Below are positions 8,110 through 16,887 of a DNA stretch of 20,000 bases, piece by piece. The first letter of the stretch is position 1; every line of letters begins with the position of its first letter. The notes beneath the pieces are model-generated. The model searched no databases, was not told where the DNA came from, and saw nothing but the letters and a program-made list of their open reading frames with translations. Source of the DNA: an uncultured virus (IMG/VR IMGVR_UViG_3300008624_000002) (taxonomy: Duplodnaviria > Heunggongvirae > Uroviricota > Caudoviricetes). The stretch lies in IMG/VR virus record IMGVR_UViG_3300008624_000002. One strand, written 5' to 3'. The position numbers were made by a program, and so were the translations under genes.

Positions 8110-8262
8110 CTATTTAGTTAATCTAGGGAAGTTATCCCACCGATAGAATTCTTTTGTTAAATGGTCCCAATACCAACCTCTATACTTCTGTTCTGCTTGA
8201 GGTAGCAAAGACTCGTTGTATATGTGTTCTCTTTGATAGGGGTGTTTTATTTCCTTTTCCAT
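8110..8262 (-). CDS. 50-aa aromatic-rich hypothetical protein
   Basis: Start MEKEIK 5 nt after CTAAATA; contains YRGWYWDHLTKEFYRW. Confidence 0.6.
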   Translation of the reverse strand: MEKEIKHPYQREHIYNESLLPQAEQKYRGWYWDHLTKEFYRWDNFPRLTK

Positions 8263-8270
8263 ATTTTTAT

Positions 8271-8459
8271 TTAGTGTGTTATGTTCCAGTTTTCTTTGAA
8301 TAAGCAATATCTTGTTTGACCATCTTCTGTTTCATATACAAATTGAGATGATAATAACTCTACAACTTTACCTTTAGACTCTCTCTCGAAATAGGGTTCG
8401 TAATGAATTATCTCGTCACCTATTTTCGGTGGTTTAACTTTCTTCAATCCAATATTCAT
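8271..8459 (-). CDS. Small hypothetical protein (SH3-like beta pattern)
   Basis: KIGDEI...GKVVELLSSQFVY.TEDG; lies in the gene chain. Confidence 0.6.
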   Translation of the reverse strand: MNIGLKKVKPPKIGDEIIHYEPYFERESKGKVVELLSSQFVYETEDGQTRYCLFKENWNITH

Positions 8460-9057
8460 ATTCGTCTTTAACTTCTTTTTTTAGATTTCTATTCTCTCTG
8501 TATTTAAGAACTTGTTTATGGTTTTGAACTCTCTGATAATTAGCATGTTGTTGTATAGTTATCTCTGGTATTTCTATCTTAGGAAGAGCTGTAATTAGAT
8601 AATGTATTAAACGACAAACATCTAACCAAGCAACACTCGGCAATTCATTATGATTTAACAAGCCTAGGTTGATTGTGGTGAGTTTATATTTCTTATCTGA
8701 GTTGTATGTTAAGTTATTACTGAGATGATTTAGAGATGCCTTCTGAGATGCGTAAAGATATCCTTTAGATATGTTTGGTTGAGATGCACGAGATGAAAAG
8801 TTAATAACGAATTTACTATCATCATCTTCCCATACACGATGAATTATATCTAGAATTTTAATTTGGTCGAAGTCTCTGTGTGCAAAGTTAATAAAAACAT
8901 CAACCTCTTCGAAAGGTTTCCAATCAGTGTTGTGAGATAAGATGTCGTCTATTCTAGGAGTTATAACTTCAATCCAGTTGTCTTCATGTCGAGTACCCTC
9001 CAACATATTTGCAATCTCTTTTGCTAGACCACTACTTCCTGTTATCGCTACTTTCAT
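8434..9057 (-). CDS. Short-chain dehydrogenase/reductase-like NAD(P)-binding protein
   Basis: KVAITGSSGLA glycine loop, DVFINFA, VINFSS, catalytic YxxxK (YASQK). Confidence 0.8.
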   Translation of the reverse strand: MKVAITGSSGLAKEIANMLEGTRHEDNWIEVITPRIDDILSHNTDWKPFEEVDVFINFAHRDFDQIKILDIIHRVWEDDDSKFVINFSSRASQPNISKGYLYASQKASLNHLSNNLTYNSDKKYKLTTINLGLLNHNELPSVAWLDVCRLIHYLITALPKIEIPEITIQQHANYQRVQNHKQVLKYRENRNLKKEVKDEYEYWIEES

Positions 9058-9952
9058 AATATTCTTTGATTAAATCAAACGATGGTTTACCAAACAGTGA
9101 ACCATCTACACTACATTTATTACAAGGTGAATGTGAACGGTCACCTTTCATCAATCTCGCTCTAATCTTATTCATTGGTTTACTAAACCATACATCATGC
9201 AAACTCTGTTGTAAGAGATTACCCACAACATGTTCTTTACCCCAATCGTTAGAACAGAACAACACATCTCCATTCCAATCGATAAACATTTTGTAGAAAG
9301 GATAATGACATGGTTTACCTTGTAGAGCTTTGATATCAGATTCTTCTATACCAACCCAATCTATCACACCACTTCTATTGTTTAATATTAAACCATGTTT
9401 CTCAAAGTCACCCCAATGCATACGAAACTTATATTGTTCTTCTCTTATACTAGTTAGCATACTTTCAAAGTGTTGCATCTGTTCTATTCCATCATATAGA
9501 TTAATATAAAGCAAGTCTAATCCTGCTTTGAACAACGACTGTATATACATTTCATTTAGTTTATCACCATTCGTATTACACTCTATCGTTGCTTGTGGGC
9601 AATTAAATCTAAACTCTTTTATTATAGGTATGAATTGTGGATTAAGTAAGTTCTCTCCGAAACCACTAAACGATATCTTGCCAATATAAGAATTTCTTCC
9701 TAACTCTTCTGCGATTATCGTTGCACCCTTAACAGTTAAATGCAAGTTTCTATTTGGATAAACTTTAGGGTCATGTCTCGGACAAAACACACAAGTTCTA
9801 TTGCACAACTCTGTGGTGTTAATCTCAACTGTAAGAATAGAGTCTAAGGGATTTAATAGGTTCTTCTTAGCCCAATGTTTCTTCTCTTGTTCTTTTCTAT
9901 GTTCTAGAAAATCAAATTGGTCAACTGCTGTGACTGGAATATTAGACGGCAT
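9032..9952 (-). CDS. Radical SAM enzyme with C-terminal SPASM/Twitch domain
   Basis: CNRTCVFC (CxxxCxxC), GFGENLLN, NTNG; auxiliary Cys in PCHYPF, GDVLFC.ND, PCNKC. Start uncertain (9952 or 9976). Confidence 0.92.
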   Translation of the reverse strand: MPSNIPVTAVDQFDFLEHRKEQEKKHWAKKNLLNPLDSILTVEINTTELCNRTCVFCPRHDPKVYPNRNLHLTVKGATIIAEELGRNSYIGKISFSGFGENLLNPQFIPIIKEFRFNCPQATIECNTNGDKLNEMYIQSLFKAGLDLLYINLYDGIEQMQHFESMLTSIREEQYKFRMHWGDFEKHGLILNNRSGVIDWVGIEESDIKALQGKPCHYPFYKMFIDWNGDVLFCSNDWGKEHVVGNLLQQSLHDVWFSKPMNKIRARLMKGDRSHSPCNKCSVDGSLFGKPSFDLIKEYYESSDNRK

Positions 9953-10460
9953 TACAAACCAGGTGTCTTGGAACATCGCCGTTATCTAGTACCACAGTAG
10001 CTTCGTATTCTCCCAATTCGAAGTCGTCTTCTGGTACCATGAACCATTGTGCATCTTCGTCATGATTGAACTCTGTTGACTTAGGGTTCTGCCCTATCTT
10101 TCTCCAATAAACATCGGAAGAATAACTTTTTATTTCTTCTAGTTCTAATTGCATTGGTGCTAATGATAATATGAAACCGTAAGGTCTAACTCGCAGACCC
10201 ATACCATTTGATATTCCGGCTGTATAAATTTTGATTGTCTTGTGTGGTTGGTCTTCTAAGTATCTTGTTCCTAGAATGGTCGACAGTTCTGGACTTAAGT
10301 CGACACGATGATAATCCTTATCAAGAATCCATCCGTATATTGGACTTAAATTATCTTTATAAAGTTCTGATATGGTTACCTTAGAAGTAACCGCCGTCTT
10401 GGATATTATCGGTATCGCCATCATCATCATCAGAATCCTTAGTGTCTGTTGTCTCAGCAC
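9942..10460 (-). CDS. Hypothetical protein; start probably at the Met run ~10421-10430
   Basis: Long ORF filling the gap between neighbours; no family recognised. Confidence 0.65.
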   Translation of the reverse strand: MLRQQTLRILMMMMAIPIISKTAVTSKVTISELYKDNLSPIYGWILDKDYHRVDLSPELSTILGTRYLEDQPHKTIKIYTAGISNGMGLRVRPYGFILSLAPMQLELEEIKSYSSDVYWRKIGQNPKSTEFNHDEDAQWFMVPEDDFELGEYEATVVLDNGDVPRHLVCNAV

Positions 10461-11823
10461 TTACGAATTCACCACTTTCTTGGAGACTAGAAATCAAATC
10501 TTCTGTCTGCTGTTTGAAACTCTCAATCATTTTTGTTTTAGTTAATGATGTAGGAACATCAAAGTTTAATGTTTCTGCTTCAGCATGAATTGTTTTCTTT
10601 GTCATACCCTTCAACTCAGATTCAGTAGGTATGGTTACTTCGTCATACTCTTCTTCTGTCTCACCTGGATAGTCTTCCGTTTCAGCGAAAGTCTTGACAT
10701 CTCCTGGCAATTGACTAGCAGTAATAACTGGTGCAGAAGGTGAAGGTGTTTCTTCAACTTCTCTTTCTTCTATGTAAACACCATCTGCAAGTTCAGTTCT
10801 ATTAGAAGTCTTCTCTACTTCTTCAACAGTTTTCAAAAACTCTTCTGTGCCTTTAGCATCTTCTGGAACATCTAGAACATGTTCTCTTTCTTCGACTTGT
10901 TGTGCTTGTTCTTCGTTCCATTCTTCAAAAGTTTTTCTTTCTTTATCTTCATTGTCGGCCCAATCGTGAGTTTCTTGAAACAGTTGTGTAGTTTCAGATT
11001 GTGATGCTTCTATACGAGGAGACTCAGTTGTTGGAGAACCATTTGCATCATATCCGTAGTCTTCTTGATATTCGTGAGACCAATCAGTTTCTTCAAGTTC
11101 TTCAATCATTTCTTGTGCGGCTGCCATCTGCTCATCTGTTGGAGTAGGTGGTTCTTCTGTTTCTGCTTCAGGAACTTCTGGTTCTGGATTTAACATTCTT
11201 GCCATTTGAAATGCACGAGAAGGTTCTTTTGGTTCTACTGGTTCTACTGGTTGTGCAAGTGCTGTTTGTTGTATCTCAGCAATATTATCTTTCTCTACTG
11301 AAACAATGTTATCAACTTGTTCTTGTTCTTCAGCAGTAAGTTCATCTGCGACTTGTCCTTCTGCAAGACCAATAACACCATCTGCATTTAAGTCCATAGA
11401 TATACCATGTGATACAAGAACAGCTTCAACTTGTGCAAGTCTACTCTCTGCATCTTTTCTTCTTTGTCTTTCGGTATCTCTAGCATCAACGATTGCCGTT
11501 ATTTTTGCTTCTTCTAGAGCAATTTTCTCGGCAGCATCTTGTTCTGCGAGTTCAGCTAATCTGCGTTGTGCGTTTTCTAATTGCGTTCTATATTCAATGC
11601 TTGATTTGTTTATATCGTCTCTTAATAAAATAAGAGCGTCTAGGTCGCCTGGTTTGGTTTGACCACTAGCGAGTTGTTGGTTCAACATGACCTCTATAAC
11701 TCCTAATGATTGTGGATTAAGTTGTGCTTTGTAATCCGTTATGCGTTTACGGATTCTATCGGATTCAGATAGGACTTCTTCCGTCACCCTTTGTTCTGCG
11801 AATGTTTTAGGTTCGTCTGCCAT
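10381..11823 (-). CDS. 480-aa acidic protein: N-terminal coiled coil, disordered acidic linker, C-terminal Rho_N/HeH-like helical motif
   Basis: SELKGMTKKTIHAEAETLNFDVPTSLTKTKMIESF fits the L..MTK..L...A......LTK..MI pattern; DLNADGVIG is a Ca-loop-like motif; GGAG SD. Confidence 0.75.
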   Translation of the reverse strand: MADEPKTFAEQRVTEEVLSESDRIRKRITDYKAQLNPQSLGVIEVMLNQQLASGQTKPGDLDALILLRDDINKSSIEYRTQLENAQRRLAELAEQDAAEKIALEEAKITAIVDARDTERQRRKDAESRLAQVEAVLVSHGISMDLNADGVIGLAEGQVADELTAEEQEQVDNIVSVEKDNIAEIQQTALAQPVEPVEPKEPSRAFQMARMLNPEPEVPEAETEEPPTPTDEQMAAAQEMIEELEETDWSHEYQEDYGYDANGSPTTESPRIEASQSETTQLFQETHDWADNEDKERKTFEEWNEEQAQQVEEREHVLDVPEDAKGTEEFLKTVEEVEKTSNRTELADGVYIEEREVEETPSPSAPVITASQLPGDVKTFAETEDYPGETEEEYDEVTIPTESELKGMTKKTIHAEAETLNFDVPTSLTKTKMIESFKQQTEDLISSLQESGEFVSAETTDTKDSDDDDGDTDNIQDGGYF

Positions 11824-11915
11824 AATTAAACTCCATGGAGTCCGACTCGACTAGAAGTATGTATATCGGAAGTCTCATACTTCCCTAAATCTATATCTAT
11901 AGTCTCTGCGGACAT
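11824..11915 (-). promoter_or_regulatory. Structured leader (three-way junction) containing a 29-codon uORF, downstream of late-type promoter ATAAATA (11920-11926)
   Basis: Pairings GTCCG/CGGAC, GACTA/TAGTC, GAAGTATG/CATACTTC; alternative GACTC/GAGTT hairpin over the SD. Confidence 0.55.
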
Positions 11916-11926
11916 ATTATATTTAT

Positions 11927-12445
11927 CTAAAAGTTCACATTAGGAAAGGCCTTTTTAGCAATTTCCTTTGTGATGTTTTTGAACGGCCAAACTTTATCTT
12001 TGACTAGTTCCATTAATTCTGCTTCTTTAGCAGGGATACCTTCCAACAATTCGATCCACATTGTTTCTCTTCTCAATGCAGGAATCTCATTAGTACAAAA
12101 GTATTTAAACTTCCTATGTTCAAACCTTAATGCACTTTCTGACAAGTCACTTGCAGGTGCATCGTTAGGTTTGTAAGGCGTTTTGCCTTTTGGTAGTTTA
12201 GAAGTTATTCTGTCGCTGAATGCCCACATCAATACTTTCTCAACAGCGCCATTAGTTTGAGCAAATGTCATAAGTCCATTAACGGCATTATCTTCATTCT
12301 CTTGTGCAACTAAATCTGCTTGGCAAAGTATCTCATAGACATCTGCGTTTTTAGGAAGTCTTACTCTTTCTTGAATAAGTTCCATCTTAGGTTTATTTGG
12401 GGCGCCCTTTGGACGACCTCTTCCCCTTTTTGTTTCATCGTTCAT
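11927..12445 (-). CDS. Conserved T4-like phage protein following rnh (DUF6433-like) with N-terminal AT-hook
   Basis: LP.G.TPY.PN.AP, RRE.MWIELLE......EAEL...VKDK; KRGRGRPKG. Confidence 0.75.
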   Translation of the reverse strand: MNDETKRGRGRPKGAPNKPKMELIQERVRLPKNADVYEILCQADLVAQENEDNAVNGLMTFAQTNGAVEKVLMWAFSDRITSKLPKGKTPYKPNDAPASDLSESALRFEHRKFKYFCTNEIPALRRETMWIELLEGIPAKEAELMELVKDKVWPFKNITKEIAKKAFPNVNF

Positions 12446-13284
12446 AACGAAAAATCTCCAATGTTATCCATCAACTGATTAAGTCTTTGGTTGCGTAAGT
12501 AGTCAAAGACTTTACCTCTGACTGGTTCGACTTGTTGATATTCACTAAGAATTGCATCATTTATTCTTTCTGGTATCATTTCAAAATCAATTAATGTTTG
12601 ATTTCTTAAATAGTTTCTATAGTATTTATCATCGTTTTCAATAGTAATCCTGAGATACTTCTCTAGAATTTGTTTACGCATCGGCGTCTGTCTAATGCCT
12701 GCATCTAAACAATCATCATTAGATAATATATTAGGTATGCCATCCGACTTATCTCCTTTGAGTATATGTTCTTTTAAAAACATTTCAGCATCCGGACAAT
12801 CAACAATCTTATTCAAATTAGGAGACCATTGTCTAACATAATCATACTTATGCAACTGTTGAAAGTCTTTGTCACCAGATACGATTAATACATCTTCACC
12901 TTCTGGTGCGTGTTTAACTAACACTGCAATGATATCATCTGCCTCACATTCATTAACATACATATATTTATAGGGGAAATTTTCTTTGATTTCCATTTTA
13001 ACTTTATGCAATGTATCGAATATTAATTGCCAATCTTTATCGTCTGCTTCTCTAGCTTTCTTTCTATTTGCCTTATACAATGGAAAGAATTGTTTACGCC
13101 AAGAGTTAGCCGCATCTGTGCAAAGAACTATCTGACCATAATCTGGTCCATATCTTCTCTGATAGTTTCTTATTGAATTTAGAATCATATGCCTAAGCAT
13201 ATTTTCATTTATCTCACCATCATTATGTTTAAGTTGGGCCATAAGACCTGCAATGACAGTTTGTGTGAAATCTATTAAAATCAT
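12442..13284 (-). CDS. rnh: T4-like RNase H / 5'-3' exonuclease
   Basis: MILIDF.Q, WRK.FFP.YKANR, EADDIIA, IVSGDKDFQQL, HILKGDKSDGIPN, RNQ.LID. Confidence 0.96.
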   Translation of the reverse strand: MILIDFTQTVIAGLMAQLKHNDGEINENMLRHMILNSIRNYQRRYGPDYGQIVLCTDAANSWRKQFFPLYKANRKKAREADDKDWQLIFDTLHKVKMEIKENFPYKYMYVNECEADDIIAVLVKHAPEGEDVLIVSGDKDFQQLHKYDYVRQWSPNLNKIVDCPDAEMFLKEHILKGDKSDGIPNILSNDDCLDAGIRQTPMRKQILEKYLRITIENDDKYYRNYLRNQTLIDFEMIPERINDAILSEYQQVEPVRGKVFDYLRNQRLNQLMDNIGDFSL

Positions 13285-13290
13285 GTTACC

Positions 13291-13328
13291 ATGGTACTAT
13301 ATAACTGTTTAAAAGTCTAGGTGGTTTT
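13291..13328 (-). promoter_or_regulatory. Promoter AAAACCACC-TAGACT-N17-TACCAT, rnh ATG 6 nt downstream
   Basis: -35 at 13314-13319 and -10 at 13291-13296. Confidence 0.7.
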
Positions 13329-14001
13329 ATTCTCCAACTATACTTACATTACCTGCGACACTCACTCGAACACAATTTGGCATGTAGTGTGCATACACCG
13401 TATGTCTTAACCAAGAAGGAAATATAATAATATCTCTTCTGTTCGGAACAAATAGATAGTTGTTCCAATTCATCCAATTGGGTTCACCGTATTGCAATTC
13501 TATTAGGCCTGCAAGTTTTCTATTCTCCTGAAGCGCCTGATGATTGTTGTGAGGCGAATCGTATTCGTTATCTTGTATCTCTTCTAAACTATATTTAGCC
13601 AAATCATTTCTACAATAAACTACGAAAGAAAAATGACCAGTGTGTTGGTGTGGTGGATTATATTCTCTTGGTTCTTGAATGTTAGACCAGATAGCATCTA
13701 ATGTCATACTAGGAGATTTAATCATATCGCCACCCAAATTACGACCTCCTATTGCGTGTTCATGGTATCGCATACAATGTTTTATAATATGATATTCTAA
13801 ATCATCGGAGATAAGTGTTTCTAAACTACTCTGTTTCGCAATTCTTCCTGCAAGTAAACCACTCGCATCAAATTCTATTTTACCACCAGCCTCTTCAATA
13901 AGTTTATCGAGTTCGTCTACTGCTTCTTCTGAAACCTGATCCATATAGACTGGAGGTCCAAAAGGATACATGACTGGATATTCATTCAGATATTCCATCA
14001 A
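13327..14001 (-). CDS. Putative 2OG-Fe(II) oxygenase (TIGR02466-like phage family)
   Basis: W.N.Q...EYNPPH.H.G.FSFVVY, IIIFPSWLRHTV, RVSVAGN. Confidence 0.85.
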   Translation of the reverse strand: MMEYLNEYPVMYPFGPPVYMDQVSEEAVDELDKLIEEAGGKIEFDASGLLAGRIAKQSSLETLISDDLEYHIIKHCMRYHEHAIGGRNLGGDMIKSPSMTLDAIWSNIQEPREYNPPHQHTGHFSFVVYCRNDLAKYSLEEIQDNEYDSPHNNHQALQENRKLAGLIELQYGEPNWMNWNNYLFVPNRRDIIIFPSWLRHTVYAHYMPNCVRVSVAGNVSIVGE

Positions 14002-14107
14002 ATTTCTCCTTCGCTTCTTTCTTAAGTCTCTCGGTGTGAATATGTCGAGAGTGTTGTATTCTTTTCTTCTTAAAATCTTTGTTGAATCTTTTATTTGTTA
14101 TAGCCAT
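13982..14107 (-). CDS. 41-aa basic peptide
   Basis: MAITNKRFNKDFKKKRIQHSRHIHTERLKKEAKEKFDGISE; TAATG coupling. Confidence 0.55.
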   Translation of the reverse strand: MAITNKRFNKDFKKKRIQHSRHIHTERLKKEAKEKFDGISE

Positions 14108-14199
14108 TATTTTTTTCTTTCATGCCAACGACCAATATAGTATGAAACTATACTCACTACTACAAAGTTCATTAACATATAAATTGTATACCATTCCAT
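14107..14199 (-). CDS. 30-aa single-TM peptide
   Basis: MEWYTIYMLMNFVVVSIVSYYIGRWHERKK; TAATG coupling at both ends. Confidence 0.6.
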   Translation of the reverse strand: MEWYTIYMLMNFVVVSIVSYYIGRWHERKK

Positions 14200-14603
14200 T
14201 ATTTTTTCTCCCAAACTGTACCTATTCTCCAATCACCTTCAACCCATTCTCCAACACTATCAACCTCCCGAACAAAGCCATGCAACTTAATAAAGTAATC
14301 TGCATCGACTACGACTAAAGGTTTCTTGTGATTCTTTTTGATTACGACTAAAGGTTCATGTTTGCCACAGTTTGCCTCCGATTGTTCGTATGCGGCCCAC
14401 ACATTAACCTTCTCTTGATTTTTACATTCGACTGAATAGGGAAAGACTTCCCTTGATTGAACACCCATGATAACATCTTCACCAGATGAACCCATAGGTC
14501 TGGATTCTAAGTCGTCTGGATTTAAGTCCAGATGTTCTACTAATTTAGAAACAACCCACTTCTGGAGATTTCTTCCTTTAGCTTTCGCTGACGATGTCTT
14601 CAT
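14199..14603 (-). CDS. PD-(D/E)XK nuclease, Holliday-junction-resolvase-like, conserved in marine T4-like phages
   Basis: SAKAKGR.LQ.WV, SRPMG..GED, FPYSVECKNQE, EPLVVIKKN. Confidence 0.8.
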   Translation of the reverse strand: MKTSSAKAKGRNLQKWVVSKLVEHLDLNPDDLESRPMGSSGEDVIMGVQSREVFPYSVECKNQEKVNVWAAYEQSEANCGKHEPLVVIKKNHKKPLVVVDADYFIKLHGFVREVDSVGEWVEGDWRIGTVWEKK

Positions 14604-14904
14604 TAAAATTCACACTCACTCCACAGCCACATGCTGTAGTTTCATTTGGATTAAGTATTTTAAAAAACTCATTTAATCCTTCTTTAACATAATCTACTGT
14701 CACATCTTTTAAGTAAGGTTGAGATATCTTATCTACGAGAAACGAGAATCGACCATAGTCAAATACTTCGTCACCTGGTCTTAATATATCTTCTGCAAAG
14801 ATGTATTCATATCCTGCACACCCACCACCTGTGACACCCAATCTTATCTTGTCAACATTTCTTTCTATTAGTTTTGTAATTGCGTTGTCTGTGACTTCTA
14901 CCAT
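14578..14904 (-). CDS. iscA: IscA/HesB/ErpA-family Fe-S cluster carrier
   Basis: IRLGVTGGGCAGYEY, NPN....CGCG.S; start MVEVTD 5 nt after ATAAATA. Confidence 0.9.
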   Translation of the reverse strand: MVEVTDNAITKLIERNVDKIRLGVTGGGCAGYEYIFAEDILRPGDEVFDYGRFSFLVDKISQPYLKDVTVDYVKEGLNEFFKILNPNETTACGCGVSVNFNEDIVSES

Positions 14905-14908
14905 ATGG

Positions 14909-15514
14909 TTATTTATCATGCAAAAGTTTTGATTTATCTCTTATACAGTCATAAGGGATTGCAAACTCTTGGTCTTCTGGAACATATAGGTAATTAATAT
15001 GAGAACGATTACAAGTATCAATCGCATCAAATATATTCTCGACAATGGCTTCACCACCTAAATTAAAAGATGTGTTGAATAATATGGGAACGCCAGTGCG
15101 TTCATAGAACCCTTTAATTAAATTATAATAGTTCTTGTTCTGTTCTTCTGTCACTGTCTGCATACGACAGGTGTTGTCTGCATGAACTAATGCAGGTATG
15201 TCTTTGTGTGCTTTCTCTTTACATTGAATTGCAAATGACATCCAAGGTGATTCTGGTAATTGCAACATCTCAAAATATTCGTGTGCATGTTCTAACATTA
15301 CAGTACAGGCGAAAGGTCGATAAGACTCTCTCATCTTAACTGAATTGACTATAGACTTGGCACCTGGATTTCTAGGGTCAAATAATATAGAACGATTCCC
15401 TAATGCTCTTGGTCCCCATTCGGAATGATTTTGAAAGATTGCAACAATCTGTTCGTTGTCAATGAGTTGGTCGAGACATTCATCCTGTTCTCTTATTATT
15501 TCACTAACTTTCAT
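14909..15514 (-). CDS. Carbamoyltransferase, C-terminal domain (NodU/CmcH family)
   Basis: SEWGPRALGNRSILFDP, K.RE.YRPFA, VH.D.TCR.QTV, PILFNTSFNLGGE. Confidence 0.93.
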   Translation of the reverse strand: MKVSEIIREQDECLDQLIDNEQIVAIFQNHSEWGPRALGNRSILFDPRNPGAKSIVNSVKMRESYRPFACTVMLEHAHEYFEMLQLPESPWMSFAIQCKEKAHKDIPALVHADNTCRMQTVTEEQNKNYYNLIKGFYERTGVPILFNTSFNLGGEAIVENIFDAIDTCNRSHINYLYVPEDQEFAIPYDCIRDKSKLLHDK

Positions 15515-16691
15515 TTTGAATATTTCTCCAATAGTCTAATGCACACCCGACTGCTGTACCACCATCGTGTGGTATAGGGTCAACAAAGAATTGATGTTCA
15601 GGAAATGCTTGTAGATATTTGTAGTTGTTCGTACAGTTTAAAGAATACCCTCCAGATAGAACAATGTTCTTGCAATCTGGAATCATATCGACTGCCTTCT
15701 GTATGACCTGCGTTGCGTGGAACAATGAATCGTGTTCGAGACGATTGGCTGTTGTGTGTTTAGACCAGACATTCTGTACGACTTTACCGTAAGACGCCAT
15801 ACCCATAACCTTACCTGCAGCTCTGCCTTGGTCATCACACCCGAGTGCGTAAGACATATTACTAAAGTTCATACCCATACTAGGCATAGAAGTAAACACT
15901 GACTCGACACCATCGATGATATGTGTTTCGTCTTCATAACAAACACAAGAGTCTTCACCCCAATTCTCAAAGAGGCGCATCGACAAGTCATTGACCAATC
16001 GATGATTTGAATAGCGTTTGTATAATGGGCGAATCGGTGTCGCATCGTCTTTCTTATAATGCCAGATACATTCTATTTCTTGATAGTTAGGCCACTCATC
16101 AAAGTGACTCATGAACCCTCCACCATCCCATGTAATCACAATGGCTTCGTCATAAGGGCTTAAGTGTGAACCACACACTGCATGGAAGTAATGGTGTTCT
16201 TGTTTAAAGTCATACTTTTCAACTTGACATTGTTCGGCCAGTGCCTGATTAATCAAGTCGTCTTCATTCCTGTGTTCACTATTCGCAAGCGATGTGATGA
16301 TGTCGAAGTCTTTTATGTCGTTTGGATATTTGTCTCTGATTTCTAGAAGTCTCGCCATACTCAATTGTTGTGCTGAGAAGTCTTTAATCATCTCTCCTTG
16401 CAAGATACGATCCTTATAGACTCTCTTACTCACATTAATATTAAACGCTCTCCTATCGAAACTGGCGAATGCCAGATAGTCAGGTTTGTGGAGTTGTTTG
16501 TGGTCGATACACAATAGACCGAAAGAATCCCACTCTTCTTCCACCGATGTGACTCTATCGGAGGGTGACCAGTATTTACTTCTGCGACTGCGTTCTTCTT
16601 CGAAGACATCAACGAGTTCTCCGTCTTCTAAGACGGCGACTGCTGTGTCGTGAGATGTGTTGATTCCGAGGACTGTTTTCACTTCACTCAT
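15504..16691 (-). CDS. Carbamoyltransferase, N-terminal Kae1-like domain
   Basis: LGIN.SHD, EEER..R.K, HHYFHA, TWDGGG, GKVMGMASYG, LSGG..LNC..N, P..HDGG.A.G.A. Confidence 0.92.
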   Translation of the reverse strand: MSEVKTVLGINTSHDTAVAVLEDGELVDVFEEERSRRSKYWSPSDRVTSVEEEWDSFGLLCIDHKQLHKPDYLAFASFDRRAFNINVSKRVYKDRILQGEMIKDFSAQQLSMARLLEIRDKYPNDIKDFDIITSLANSEHRNEDDLINQALAEQCQVEKYDFKQEHHYFHAVCGSHLSPYDEAIVITWDGGGFMSHFDEWPNYQEIECIWHYKKDDATPIRPLYKRYSNHRLVNDLSMRLFENWGEDSCVCYEDETHIIDGVESVFTSMPSMGMNFSNMSYALGCDDQGRAAGKVMGMASYGKVVQNVWSKHTTANRLEHDSLFHATQVIQKAVDMIPDCKNIVLSGGYSLNCTNNYKYLQAFPEHQFFVDPIPHDGGTAVGCALDYWRNIQNES

Positions 16692-16705
16692 AATATAATT
16701 TTACC

Positions 16706-16879
16706 TCATGGATTTATATATTCTTTTTCCAGTTGTTCAGTCGTCACCAGTTTACGCTCTAACATATCGAACACCATATCTCGTTGTCCTTTTTCTCTGC
16801 CGTCTTTCTGGCCCCATAAGAATGAAACTGTTGACATGACTGTGATGAACACCACATGTATTAATAGTAATGTTTCCAT
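16706..16879 (-). CDS. 57-aa membrane-anchored protein
   Basis: METLLLIHVVFITVMSTVSFLWGQKDGREKG...; preceded by CTAAATA-N5-ATG. Confidence 0.65.
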   Translation of the reverse strand: METLLLIHVVFITVMSTVSFLWGQKDGREKGQRDMVFDMLERKLVTTEQLEKEYINP

Positions 16880-16887
16880 GTTAGTAT

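Noticed and set aside
1020..12972. Exact TATAAATA boxes inside gp32 (~1020) and rnh (~12965)
   Set aside because: Intragenic with no suitably placed start; expected by chance in AT-rich DNA.
14909..16691. Carbamoyltransferase pseudogene
   Set aside because: Both halves keep their catalytic motifs and break at the domain boundary with a normal overlap; split forms occur in marine myoviruses.
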